A DNA stretch of 64,000 nucleotides from Camelus ferus (lineage: Eukaryota), in assembly GCF_009834535.1 (NCBI RefSeq), contig NC_045697.1, positions 32,180,001 through 32,244,000 on the forward strand. The letters run 5' to 3'. A program made the position numbers and the translations under genes. The notes beneath the pieces were generated by a model. It made no database searches, was not told the origin of the DNA, and saw only the letters and a list, made by a program, of their open reading frames with translations. This document shows positions 51,692 through 64,000 of the stretch, piece by piece. Each line of letters begins with the position of its first letter. The stretch's first letter is position 1.

Positions 51692-54600
51692 ATGCAAACT
51701 ATCCTGGAGGCTGGATTTGAAATATACTGACTTATTGGCATTTGTTCTTTGCTCAAAAAATGGTAAGAGTATTTTTCTCAGACTAATAACCTCCCTCCCC
51801 CAGTACCTTTTTGGTGCTCTAAAGGCTGCTGTTAACTTTACACCCTCATAGGGACGAGATTAGCTCTTGAATGTTCAAATGCAAGCGTTCTGGGGGAAGC
51901 CAGGACAGAAGTAATCCACAAGCATTCTGTCAGTGAGTACTCTTTGTGTTCATCGTGGAGGCTAGTTTTCACCTGCACTAGCCCTTTTACCTTTGGTCTA
52001 CATTCTAATATTGGGATTCCCAAGGTTAAAAAAAAATCTAAGGTACTATGTTAAAAAAGTCAAACACTCCATACTGAAACATAACAAAGAAGTTAAACTT
52101 AGAATGCAGGAAAACAGTGATAAATAGTGAAACCATCCCTGACTCTCAGACTGATAACAATTAGAAGCTGTCCATTTGGTAGAAATCAAATGTATCAAGG
52201 ACTCTTAACCCAGATTCCTGGAACACACTAGAGCTAGAAAAGGTTCAAGGAATTCTGGAATCTCCCTAATTAATATACAGCCTTGTGTGTGTGCGCACAT
52301 GTACACACACACATGTACATGCATGAGCATTTTTCAGAGGACAGTCTTCACCAGATTCTCAAAGAGGTCTATGACCCCAAAAAGGTGAAAGGCCACTGCC
52401 ACGTGAGCCCTGATTTGCCTCTCTGCTCTTAATCTATACATTCCCTTTTGTTTTTAAAGTATAACCTAGACCCATTTTATCAATACGCTTTGTTCTCTAC
52501 TCTATTACAAAGAACTTTTTCTGTTACTGTGTTCGCTCATCCTGTGCTGCTAATTATGCCATTTCCTTATAATCTAAATGCTCTCCACCTTCCATGGCTC
52601 TCAATCCCTTCAGCTCAATTAGAGTTTTCTTCAACTACTATTTAACTATAAAAATCTCTCCCTTATTTAAAACAAGATTTAACTGAAAAGTTTAATCCAT
52701 TTTCAGCAACCAGTATGTAAGCAGCAAAGTGCAGATTGGAGAGACCAAAGAGGGGACAACAAAGACAATGGTAATTTCAGCCGTGTAGTTTAGAAGACGC
52801 ATGTATCAGCTCTCAGAGGATCATGCTATTTACAGAATTTATCATTTGCTGAAAGTTTGATCTTGGAAAAAATATATTAGAGGTTAAAAACACATACCTT
52901 AAAAACATCAGGATAAACATTAAAAATCCAACTCCTTAAATTTTTTTTTTAAAAACCTAATTACTGGCTATAACTTAAACATAAGATAAAGCTAGTTCTA
53001 AACTAGAAATAATTTTGGAAATTTTAGTACTTGCTTTTTGGATGATAAATCAAGAATTTATCATGACTTAGAGACTGACAATTTTCTATAAAGAATGTGA
53101 TAAAAAATAATTGCTACTTAAATTCTGACATGTTTTGAGAAGAAAAGTTAAATACAGATTTTATGGCTTTGGTTCAATCTGAACTATTGGAGGAGGGTCT
53201 TAAAAAAGATAAAAAACATGTTCACCATAGATAATGATGATGTCTTGAAAATATATTCTCTCGAGGACATAAAACATAGGCCTTATTTAAATAAGCAAAA
53301 ACAAAAAAATAGAACTAATAAAATGAATTATTAAAATGTTTCCTGTGGTTTACTTATATCTTTCAAAAGGTATATACTGAAGTAAACTTCGATTTGCTAA
53401 TGATCCTTATTTTAGATGTAGTTAACGTAGATTTTCCTTCAGGAGCAAAATAATTAGAACCCTCTAAGGTGCCCAATGATACTTTTTAGTAATGGCAAAA
53501 AAAAGAGTAGTGATGTGAATAGTATTTGAAGAATTACAGATGATACTATGGGATTCATTTCCTCCAGTGCACCTTGCAGTGATACAATAATAATGATATG
53601 ACAAATATATCGAACTACATTTATAACATGCATAAATTTACAAATAGTTACCCTATATCAAAATATCTTACTGTAAAATGAGGTCTATAATGTAGCTCAG
53701 AAAAGTATCTCAATTCCATTTTTCTCCGTATTGAAGGAGGCATCCTGACAGAGGATGATGTCCTGAATCTCTTCAGAAATATATACAGCTCCAAAGTGGA
53801 AAACACTTTGTAAGTCACTTAACATCCCTAATAAGTCTGTTAATTCATCTAAAAATTGGATTCTAAGAGTATCCACATCATAGAATTGTGAGAATTAAGT
53901 AAATCAGTAAGTGTAATACATTTAGAATTAGTACCTGGTCATGTAAGTATTGGCTCTTACTAAATATCTTACTAAATACTTACTTCACTAAAATGTGAAC
54001 ATTTTCTGATAAAGATAAATTAACAAAATCACACAAGTACAGGGGTCTATCTGGGGATTATTCGTACTAGCAAATGGCAATGTTGAATGAATCTCTTCAA
54101 AATTGGCATTAAAATACGTGGATAATGAGGATTCCTTCTACTAACTTTTTCAAGGAATCCAGTATCTGTGATGAAACCTGGACTACATGAAAATCTGTAA
54201 GTAAAATGCCATGTAAGAGCTCTGTCTTACTCACAACTCATCACTGAACTGTTCTCTGCTTTTATCTGTCAGATTACTAAGAAGCTAACATTTTCAGTTT
54301 TATTTGATATATTTGTGGCTTGGTAAAAAACTGATAAAAATATAAATGACTAGAGGTAATCTAAGTGTTTAACAGTAAGGAAACATTTAAGTAAATCATG
54401 ATGTGTCTATTACTATATAGCCATTAAAATGCTTTTGAAGAATATTTAGTAAAACAGGAAAATGCTCACACAACAGGTAAGTGTAAATACTAAACTCTTT
54501 ACATATCATAATTTTGTTTAAAAAATTAGACTATTTCCATTGTTTGCCAAACTTCATTTGTGTATCACCTTCAAGATTTTTTTTGTCATATTCACACACT

Positions 54601-55840
54601 TACATGAACTGTGAGTTACCAATTTCCAATTTAAAACTGACTTAAAATTTTCAAGTTATATACTATATTTCATGAATATGAGATGTAGAAAACTGTAAGC
54701 TACACCATTATTTTATCTACCACTAAGAAACATGCTACCAGATACGCTATGATATACTGCTTTTAAACACATCCCAATTTTAGATGAGATAAATATGAAA
54801 AAAGATGTGTCTTAGAGACAATAAAGTATACTAACTTTTTTGACTTTGTTAAAGCAGTAATATCTATGAAATACAGGTTTGATTGGTTCATTATATTTTC
54901 TAATACACATTAAATAAACACCTAGTTACTAGAATAATAAGATTAAAATACATACATTTTCATTCTTATAATACCAGCAGTATACATACTACATACTTTG
55001 TGGATTACTGACCTATAGATATGACTTAATTATATAATATTTTCGTATCAGCTGTATAAGTACAGGTGCCTTGTAAAGAGTACCTAATTTATACAGCTTG
55101 TTTATATGTGTGTATTTATATATGGAACAGACTCTTAGCAGAGAATACCATCTAACTGAGTGCAGTCAAGTTTCCTTGAAAATCTCTTAAAGCACCTATC
55201 ACATCAAGCACATGTGGTTTTATATATATATAACCTAGTAAGGAACCAGGTTTAAGAATTACTGGACTAACCTGCAGGAAGAAGCAAAAGGGAAATAAAC
55301 ATGCAGAAGTCAGGGAAATCAGACTCCTGCTTACCTGCAGAGTTCATTCCATGCTGTCTGAAATTTAGCCAGTATAAATTTAAATATGACAAAAACTTGA
55401 AATTGTGAAGATTAAATGAGACAGTGGGTGACCCATCTTATCCCCTGATTTTGTTCTAAACACAGCTGGGGGTGTAGGGGGTGGGACAGGTAAACAAGGG
55501 AAAAATTAGAAAGGACATATATACATTTCCTTTGGGGTTATTTAATTATATATTCAATATGAAAGTAAAATATTATTAAATTTTGGATTTCAAGAAACAT
55601 TTACTGAAAATATAGATTGAAGAGATTTTCTTCAAGAAAAAATATTAGGAAACTACTCTGAAAGCTAGTATTATCTAAAGTGAGATGTTTCTATTCCTTG
55701 AAAGAACTGACTACTGTGTCACCATAGTGTCAGTTGTCAACAGGCCACAGTGCAGTATGTGTGACTCCACAATATCACACTTTACTTGTCATCTACAGTG
55801 GAGTATTTTCCCAGTCTGCTTTTGAAATTTCAATGCTCAC

Positions 55841-56015
55841 CTTTAAAGTATTTCACAGTTTTAACTCTTAATTCTAAAGTAGCATCTTCATCACACACAA
55901 AAATAGTTCGGGGATGCTGCTGGAAAGCTGAAACAGTCCACATGTGATTGACTCCTTCTTCTATTGCTTTGTAGAGAGCAAATGCCTTGTGTGCACCTGT
56001 TATGAGGATCATTAC
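55841..56015 (-). CDS. GNPDA2: GNPDA2 penultimate coding exon
   Basis: [58 protein letters not shown](G); TTTCAG acceptor, GTGAGC donor; 175 nt. Confidence 0.96.
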
Positions 56016-57564
56016 CTGAAAAACCATGAACATTACTTGTTAATTAATTCTTAAAACATGTTCCAAATGACTAAGAAGCTCTATTTTTTTTTTAAACAAA
56101 GACTTTAGCACCAGTATTCTTCTGAGGGTTAAAATAAAAATAAACAGCTCCATTTTTCTTCATAGTTTAAGGTATTTATTTCCATTCTTTCAGGTAACAG
56201 GCAAGCACAAAGTGGATCTCTTCTTATGGTTGAACAAAGTAAAACAGTACCTTGTTTGTAATGAAATATTACTGAATATACCATAATGCCTGTGATAATT
56301 AACATTAAATACTGATGTGCAGAAGAGACATGGGAGAATGAAGATAAAGAAACAAAAGGGCTGTTTTGCAAAAGCAGAGTTACAAGTCAAGAAAAAATAA
56401 ATATAACCAGGAATCAGATACCAAATTGCTCTAGTCCAAATAAGTAATAGACATTACTTTGGACATGTCAAAGACTCTAAAATAACAGATATTTTAAAAG
56501 TAACCTTAAGATGGGAAACTGAAGATTGTTTCATTGAGTGTGTCTTATCTAAAATTGTCCTGGAATAAAACTAGATTTAAAGAAGGATTCAGGATGTACT
56601 CAGATGCAGGAACTGCCCTTTAAGCACGCATGACTGAAACTATCCTTATATAAACAGAAAATCCAAGCTCTTGGTCCCAGATCCCTAACAGCCTATAAGA
56701 TAATTCAAAGAGCATGTGCAGATGTGAGTGAGTGTATACGTGTCTGAGTCTTAACATTTTTAGCAGTAAACTGAACCTATTTTACAAGTTAAACAGTTTA
56801 TGTAATGCAGTAAATTTTAAACATTTTTTTCTCATTACAGTTGTCAAATAAAAAAAATGAATGTTAAGGTGGTTCTAATTCTAAAATATCTGTAACAAGG
56901 TAAAAATTCTGCATTGCATATTTTATAACCAGACATTCTAAAACGGAGGAAATTAAAGATTAATGAACCAGATACTACTATATTTCTTTTATCAAGATTC
57001 ACTATGTATTTTTCATTTTGAAGCTATATGTTGATTACTGTCAAAGCCTCATGAATGCATTCGTATATGAATTTCTACTGTTTTTATTGATACTTCTTGT
57101 TCACAAGTATAGAGATCTAGATTCTGAAGAGTTAATATGTCATCACCTATAATTAAAAGCATTCTCTTTTAAGTTAACAATGCTTGATATAATAAGGTAA
57201 GCACAACACTGTTTAATGGATTTATTAATCCGTTTTCCTTGTGGGATATTAATAGTTTTTTTTTCTTAAGATTGATCTATATGTTACAGAGGAGTTTTAA
57301 AAAAACAAAAACAATAGGATATTCAAGTTCTTTACTCTATCCTGTCTTCTAATTTAAAATCTTTGGAATTAGGACCCAGGAATCAGCATCCCTTAAGTGA
57401 TTATGATGCAGTCTGGCAGAGGTCCTTACACTAGCACCTGAAAAGTCTCTTTAAAGCTATATTAACACACATTACATCTAGTGACTGCTGCATGATGGAT
57501 ATTTTCTCAAGTTTAATTTACTTCAAAAGTTTAAAATATGATTTTGTGGTTTCAGAGTTAAACA

Positions 57565-57755
57565 CTGAACTTGGCACTTTCTTTGAATTATCTCATTTAA
57601 CTCCTGAATACAACACTATGCAATAAATACTATTCTTACTCATATTTTACAGATAAGGAAACGGAGGCACAGATATTCTGTAACTTGACCAAGGTCTTAG
57701 TAAGGCTACTATGTAAACAAGGGGTCTGATTCCAGCATCCATATCATTAACTACA
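57565..57755 (-). mobile_element. MIR SINE
   Basis: ATTTTACAGATAAGGAAACGGAGGCACAGA...TAACTTGACCAAGGTC (reverse MIR core). Confidence 0.8.
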
Positions 57756-58489
57756 GTAAGACATATATACCCTTTAATTGAGAATTAAGAAATATCTAGA
57801 AAAGCAGAAACTGAAAAAAAGTTGCTCAGAACACAATTTGATGTTGACAATATGTGATTAGTTCTACTCCATCTGCTCCACTATTCTCAAGGAGAGTATT
57901 TCTATCATGAAAAAGCTTTAGAGCAGCTCCTATCACAAATCAAGTCTTAAGGATAGCATCACATAGGGGGCATATGAGACAGCTATGGGGTGGTCAGTAA
58001 AAAGCTAGAAACTTGCTAAGGCTGGAACCCAAGGAAATGAAAGGAAATGGCTGAAAACTGATCGAAGTCTGGTAATACAGAGCGTTTTTATGCCAAAGAG
58101 GCTAAACGTCATGTTGTGATGAAATAACAGGGAATCAAGACTTTATTATATACATGAATAATAACTAAAGTATGTTTCTGAAAAAATACTTGAGCCTGTA
58201 ATATAGAGAACAGAATAGATAAAAAACGGAGATACCCAAGAGGATGGGTTTGCAACAATCACTGACAGACTGATACAGACTAGAAGACAAGTGTGAAGTC
58301 CTTATTTATCTCTAAGTTATCTGTTAAATGGTGGGGACTTGGTGACTGATTAGATATGGAGAAGAAGAAGCTGAGAATGACACACATGTTTAAAGTTCAG
58401 ATAATTTTCAGGGAGAGTGTTGCTATTCACCAAGGGGAGGGAAGGTAATTACAAGGTAAGTATAAGGAGTTAGTTGGAAATACAAAAGG

Positions 58490-58883
58490 TTGCCATCTGC
58501 AGCAACATGGATGGACACAGAGAAAGTTTAAGTAAGAGAAATACAAATATTTTATATCATCACTTATATGTGGAATATAAAAAATGATACAAATGAACTT
58601 ATTTACAAAACAGAAACAGACTCACAGACAGACTTATGGGAGAGAAGGGATAAATCAGGAATATGGGGTTAACAGGTACACACTATATAAAAAACATACA
58701 GTAACAAGGTTTACTTTATAGCACAGGGAACTATATTCAATATCTTACAATAACCTATAAGGAAGATAACCTGAAAAAAATATATATATATACACACACA
58801 CATACACATAACTGAATCACTTTGCAGTATACCTAAAACTAACACAATATTGTAAATCAACTATAGTTCAATTTTTTAAAAAA
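58490..58883 (+). mobile_element. 5'-truncated L1 3' end
   Basis: TGCAGCAACATGGATGGAC...CACTTATATGTGGAAT...TATAGCACAGGGAACTATATTCAATATC...TGTAAATCAACTATA plus A-rich end. Confidence 0.85.
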
Positions 58884-59856
58884 TGCTATAATAAATCAGC
58901 ATTAAAACCACTGGGGAAATGATGGAGTCCTGTAGTTTTGCCACGATGATTTTCTTTATAATCACACTGGGAATGAATACTATGAAGTGAATGGCATCAT
59001 ATAATTTTACTAGAAAAACTGAACAAAAGAAAAAAAGATCAGTACTTGAATAATTCTCTGCTAACTCTTAAGAATTAGGATAAGAGTTACACTACAAATT
59101 AAATATTGTTAAATGAAGAAATCTATTTGCATAACTTTCATATTTTAGAAATAAGATTGCTCTAAGTTGTTCTTAACTTATTTACTATGAAATTTCAGTC
59201 CTTAAAAGGTCTTTTTTTATACACCAATGATTTTTAGATGAAAAACTTCTATATTTTGAATGACAGTTCTATTTGTGTATTCATGTCTAAATATATTTAC
59301 ATCAAAATCAGTTAATTATTCATCATACCTTGTCTGTACTGTCCTCTGAACCTGTCCAATCCTGCTGCCAGAAAGGAATGGAGTTTCAGGTTCCTCTATA
59401 ATTTAACCACTTATAATCATGAGCTGACTATAATATGTTCTGTTATTCCCAGGAGAGGAAATGACAGCCCAGTTAAAAATTTAAAAATTAGGCAGAGTCT
59501 ACTGTTCAGAGCACTTGCCTTATTAAATATACCAAATTTAGAACAGATCCAGCCCTAGAGGGGTTCCTTTTCTGCTGGTTTTCAGTGTGATTTTAGGACC
59601 TCAAATTGTGAAACAGGAAGAAGCAGTCAAAGCAGTACCCCAAAAGAGGTGGTGCCTAATTCTTAGTTTCCAGCTCCAAAGACCTAATTTAGTTGAATTC
59701 TAAACATGGCAATGAGAAAGGCAGAAATGACTGAAAGCGAGAGAACAATTTATATTGTAAATAGGATGCAACCAAAATGTCACTTATTCAACTCTGTACT
59801 TTCTCCAAAATCTAAAGACATCAAAGGGAATACATCAAAGAACATTTAATTCTTAC

Positions 59857-60041
59857 TTCTCTAGCATCCATCACTGTCCCCACACCAACTGTTAGAGCCA
59901 TAGTTGGCACTTTCGATAAATCTCCATCAAAATATTTAGCATTTGCCAAAATGGTGTCCATTGCTAGAGTCTTTAATCTTGTCCTTGATACTAAACTGGA
60001 TCCTGGCTCATTGAAAGCAATATGACCATCTGGACCAATTC
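59857..60041 (-). CDS. GNPDA2: GNPDA2 (glucosamine-6-phosphate deaminase 2), third-last coding exon
   Basis: (G)[61 protein letters not shown]; NagB-family catalytic motif; AAG acceptor, GTAAGA donor; 185 nt. Confidence 0.96.
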
Positions 60042-60682
60042 CTTTCAAAAGAAATACATATACACACACATATATATGTAAGTAAATAAGGTTTCTCACA
60101 TAAAGTAAGTAAGATTTTCAAAGTTCAACATATTTTAAGACCAAAGATAGATAGTCATAAACATGCTTACCTTGTTTTATTTGATAGCTGAATTTCTAAT
60201 GCTGTATTAAAATATTTGTTCCTGTATTCGATTGAACAAGTATTTCAGTATTTTCCATATGCTGAGCATTGAGCTAGCATGATTCTAATAGTAGCAAAAT
60301 TGAGTATCACTTTTACATAGTGATACTTTATAGTTTATAAAGCATATTCACATGCATCATCTCAACAACAGATACATATTTAACAACCTTGTGATATAGT
60401 CAGATTAGGCATAATTATTTGCTTTATCTCCTCCACTTTTTTTTAAGCTCGAAAGGAAACTTCGATGCTCAAGGATAATATATGACTTGTTCAAGGTAAC
60501 TATTTAGCAAGTACTACAAAACTCAAATCTAAATTTTCTGGATTCCTAACCCAGTGGTCTTTATACTTATACTTTAGCTTGCTTGGTTCTAGTCTAGTTG
60601 GGGCAATTAACCACTGGACCTCCCTGTGGTATCGTTTCCTCACTTATAAAAATGTCTAGATTGGACGAGATACTATCTAAGG

Positions 60683-60922
60683 CAGTAGTTTTCTTCAAAC
60701 TTTTCTGACTGTAACCTATGGTGAGTAATACACTTGACACTGCAATCTAGTATACATATAAATAGTTAAAACAAGAACTGCATGAAATAATACTTACCCT
60801 TACTAGGAGCCATACAATACCATTTCACTAAAAAGACGTACAAAAGGGAAATGCTGGATGTGACTGGCCCTACTGATTTCACTGACCTAACACTGCATGA
60901 CAACCCCAATTTGAAAACACTG
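60683..60922. mobile_element. hAT-Charlie-type MITE
   Basis: TIRs CAGTAGTTTTCTTCAAACT / TTTGAAAACACTG; 8-bp TSD-like ATCTAAGG/CTTTAAGG. Confidence 0.6.
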
Positions 60923-63900
60923 CTTTAAGGAGACCCACTGTACTGTTCTAGGACTGCCTCTAAAATATAGGTAAGAATATGACATTTCTTATTTGAAGGA
61001 AATTGGAGGCAAATCTTTTTATAAAACCAACATTTTATGGCATAAATAAATCAAGTTTTAGACATACGTATCATACTAGCTAGTCAGATTTCTGGCAACC
61101 TCAATCAAAAAATAAACCCACAAGTTCTCTGGGTCAAAATATCATATTCTGCATATTTAATAATATATATATTTTTATTGACTCAACACACAATTCTAAC
61201 AAATTTTTCCCAGGCTACAAGGTAAAATATGACAAAGAGTAACCAGGTTTTGAAGGAAGAACAAATGAAAACCTTAGGAAGCATATATGAACTACCAAAG
61301 CACAACATAACCTAGGAATTTTTAACAATCTAGGATCAGTTTTTAATCTGGGACATAAAGCCAGACCTATATGTGGTCAATATATACAGTTTGTTTCCAT
61401 TATTATGTAGGTGCTTTTAAGTTTTAAATGACAGATATGCGTATCTCTCAAACTAGTCTGTAAAACTGTTGTTTTTCCTCTTAAGTATACATCTGCCCAA
61501 ATATTTTTATTAATACTTCTATACAGAGGAAAGGAATGAACCAGGAAAATAAAAGTTCCAGGAAAAACAGGAAATCCTCAAAGACCAATACTAGTGGTCT
61601 CACTGGTGATCTGGGTCATACAATGTGCACAGCAGAGCTGAAATTACCAGTAATGGTTCACGGCAGAGAAGGGTCAATACATTCCCTTACTGACCATGAG
61701 TAAGTATCAAAAATTGAGCTTCCTGATATAAAGTTATATTTTTAAAATGTTCAGAATGTTTTACAAAGCTTTGTAAAATTTTCTTGAAAATAATTATGAA
61801 CTCTAAAAACCACGGTTAATTCTTATTCAGTCTTTAAGTCTAAACTAAGATATCAACACCTTTATGAAACATCTCTAAAACCTCTGAGTCTGGATTGCAT
61901 GTCCTCCCAGTGTTCGTATAGTTCTGTATCCTCATCACTTAGAACAAAACATGACACACAGGAGGCCCTCATTAAGTAATGGTTGAATAAATGAATAGCT
62001 GGTTGCTATTCTTTGGTATGTGCAGTACAGTTCTTCCCTCCTTCCATCCTGCTCTGCTCCCCTCACAACAGGGGCCAGATCAGTTGTAACACTCCATATC
62101 TTGTCTCTTTTAGGCAGAACTGTTGTGGTCTAGGGAAAAGTACTTGTCCCAAGTGGAAACAATCAGAATTTCTCTCCAGAAATCTGAAACTTGACCAGGG
62201 GTACAGAAAGAAAGAAGGTGTCCGGAGCTGAGGCTTCTGAGGACAGCACTGCAGGAGAGGGTCAGTGAGTCCCTGCTTTGGTGATCTGAGGCTCCCTGGT
62301 TTTTGCTCTTCTAAAGACTTGTTTTTTCCAACTCTTCCATTAATTCTGTGAGTTACCCTAGAATCACTCCAATAAATTCATTTTTGGTCCCTCTAGTAGA
62401 TTACTGTTACTTGCAAATCAAAGAAGTCTAATCATGTAACCCAAGTACAGGGTTAAAGTTTTCCTCACTGTCTTTTTTTATTTTTACGTTTTAAACACAA
62501 ATTATCTTAAGGTAATTTTAAAATTAATAATGCCTTTAGAGTCTATTTATAGATTTCCATGTTTGTGTTATTTCATTGCGGGGAGTGGATCAGGAATTGC
62601 ATGATACACCTTACTCTTTCTCTCAACACTTTTGTCATCACAAAGAATGAGAACTCTGAGAGTATGTATTTCCTCCTTTCTCCTTTGTATGGAGGGAAGG
62701 GCGCTCCTGCTCCACTTCCCGGGAGTGAGCAATGGTGGATTTATACTCTTGAGCTCTTCTCTCACCCTACTATTTCCAGTACAGAGGGGAGGCGTAGGAA
62801 ACCCCATTCTGGCCTCAAGCCCAACCTGCAACCTCTAATCCAACTTTACCTTTAATAAAGCTGATATTTTGATCCCATTTGGCTCAGTTCTTAGTGTTTT
62901 TATTAACCAAACCCTGGAACAAAAGAAGGGTAAGTGGTAAGACCCAGATACCAAGCCTTATCTTGAAAAGCCAATGATAACAACCTAGATCAACAAAGGC
63001 AAAGAATCAAATGAGATTCTTTCATGAGTACACATCCAATAATAGGTTATCCTAAACAGGAAAAAGTTCAAAGAAAATGCAATAGCCAGCTCTTCCCTAT
63101 ACACGATTATATGTCCCTTGGATGATAAATATAAAATGTCAGACCTTGCATCCTGGATCATCACGAGCTTACAGTGAAGGTGTTAATGGAAGAGGAAAGG
63201 AAATTCTCTTAATTTTTTTTTTTTTTGCAAGGGAGAACTACAGGAATTTTAAGACAAAAATTGGTTAAAAAACAAAGTAAAGTTCTTTTTTAGTAGTAAG
63301 AGTCAGTAATAAACATAAATAACCATGATTATGCTCCATCAGTTTCAAAGGGAGAAACTAAGGTAGTTTATTGCGAGGAAAATCAAAAAAACTTTAGCTA
63401 AAAAGAAATAAGAAGTGACTTAAAGCTCTGGGGAAAGAAGAAAGTTCTACTAGAAATCTTTAAAAAAAAAAAAAGGGGGATATTAAGCCTTAAACATTAC
63501 ATTAAGCTAAACTGTTTTCTGAAAAGAGGCAAAAGGACAAGATGGAGTTAAAGAGTTCTTAATCAGTTTTTTTTCCCCCCAGTAAATTCCATTTCCTCGA
63601 ATTGAGTCCCCAAGGGATTTATCACAAAGATCCTTATGTAAGGTCAATAAATTAACAGGGAAAAAAAGGTCCTCAAATAAAGAAGCAAAAAAATACATTA
63701 TTCATACAGCCATTTTTAATGACGAAGTTCTAATAACTACCATGTCGTTTTGTATAATGCTAAATCAGTGAAACTATTTTTTGACATAAATAAGATAAAC
63801 TTGATAAAAAGTAAGATAGGCATATTATTTTATAATAATTCTACTTAAATTTGGTATAGAGTTTAGAAAATCTAAAAAATGCATGGGCACAGCACTCAAA

Positions 63901-64000
63901 CATTTTCAAATACATACTGCCTTAGCCTTGATATTGGTAGGTGCAAACAGTCATTATCTCTGAATTGAGCCATATGGACAAAAATGGAGTGCAAATGTTT

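Noticed and set aside
62559..62855. Plus-strand ORFs of 98 aa and 68 aa
   Set aside because: Antisense to the minus-strand candidate, with no recognisable protein features or splice context.
60042..64000. Search for the next upstream canonical GNPDA2 exon (…GGIDLFVG)
   Set aside because: Not found; it presumably lies beyond the right edge of the window.

Overview
Mammalian genomic DNA, AT-rich, probably camelid judging by a Vic-1-like tRNA-derived SINE. It holds the YIPF7-GUF1-GNPDA2 locus. (1) The 5' part of YIPF7 lies on the minus strand, with a non-coding upstream exon and two coding exons; the gene continues off the left edge. (2) The complete 17-exon GUF1 gene (mitochondrial LepA/EF-4 translation GTPase) lies on the plus strand behind a CpG-island promoter. 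Its exon phases join into 2010 nt, or 669 aa plus stop. (3) The last three exons of GNPDA2 lie on the minus strand, tail-to-tail with GUF1. The rest is intron and intergenic sequence with L1, L2, MIR, LTR and DNA-transposon relics. I see no prokaryotic systems, CRISPR arrays or intact RNA genes. The most unusual observations are: a non-repeat segment in a GNPDA2 intron (62.47-62.93 kb) with a cryptic exon and a sense ORF that by eye resembles a shortened GNPDA C-terminal half, followed by AATAAA; a strong cryptic acceptor in the last GNPDA2 intron that overlaps a donor-like motif; a tail-less L1/5S rRNA head-to-head chimera; a strong-context uORF in GUF1; and loss of the human-annotated YIPF7 N-terminal extension. 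Repeat family names, exon numbering for the partial genes and comparisons to human proteins come from recall, not from searches.
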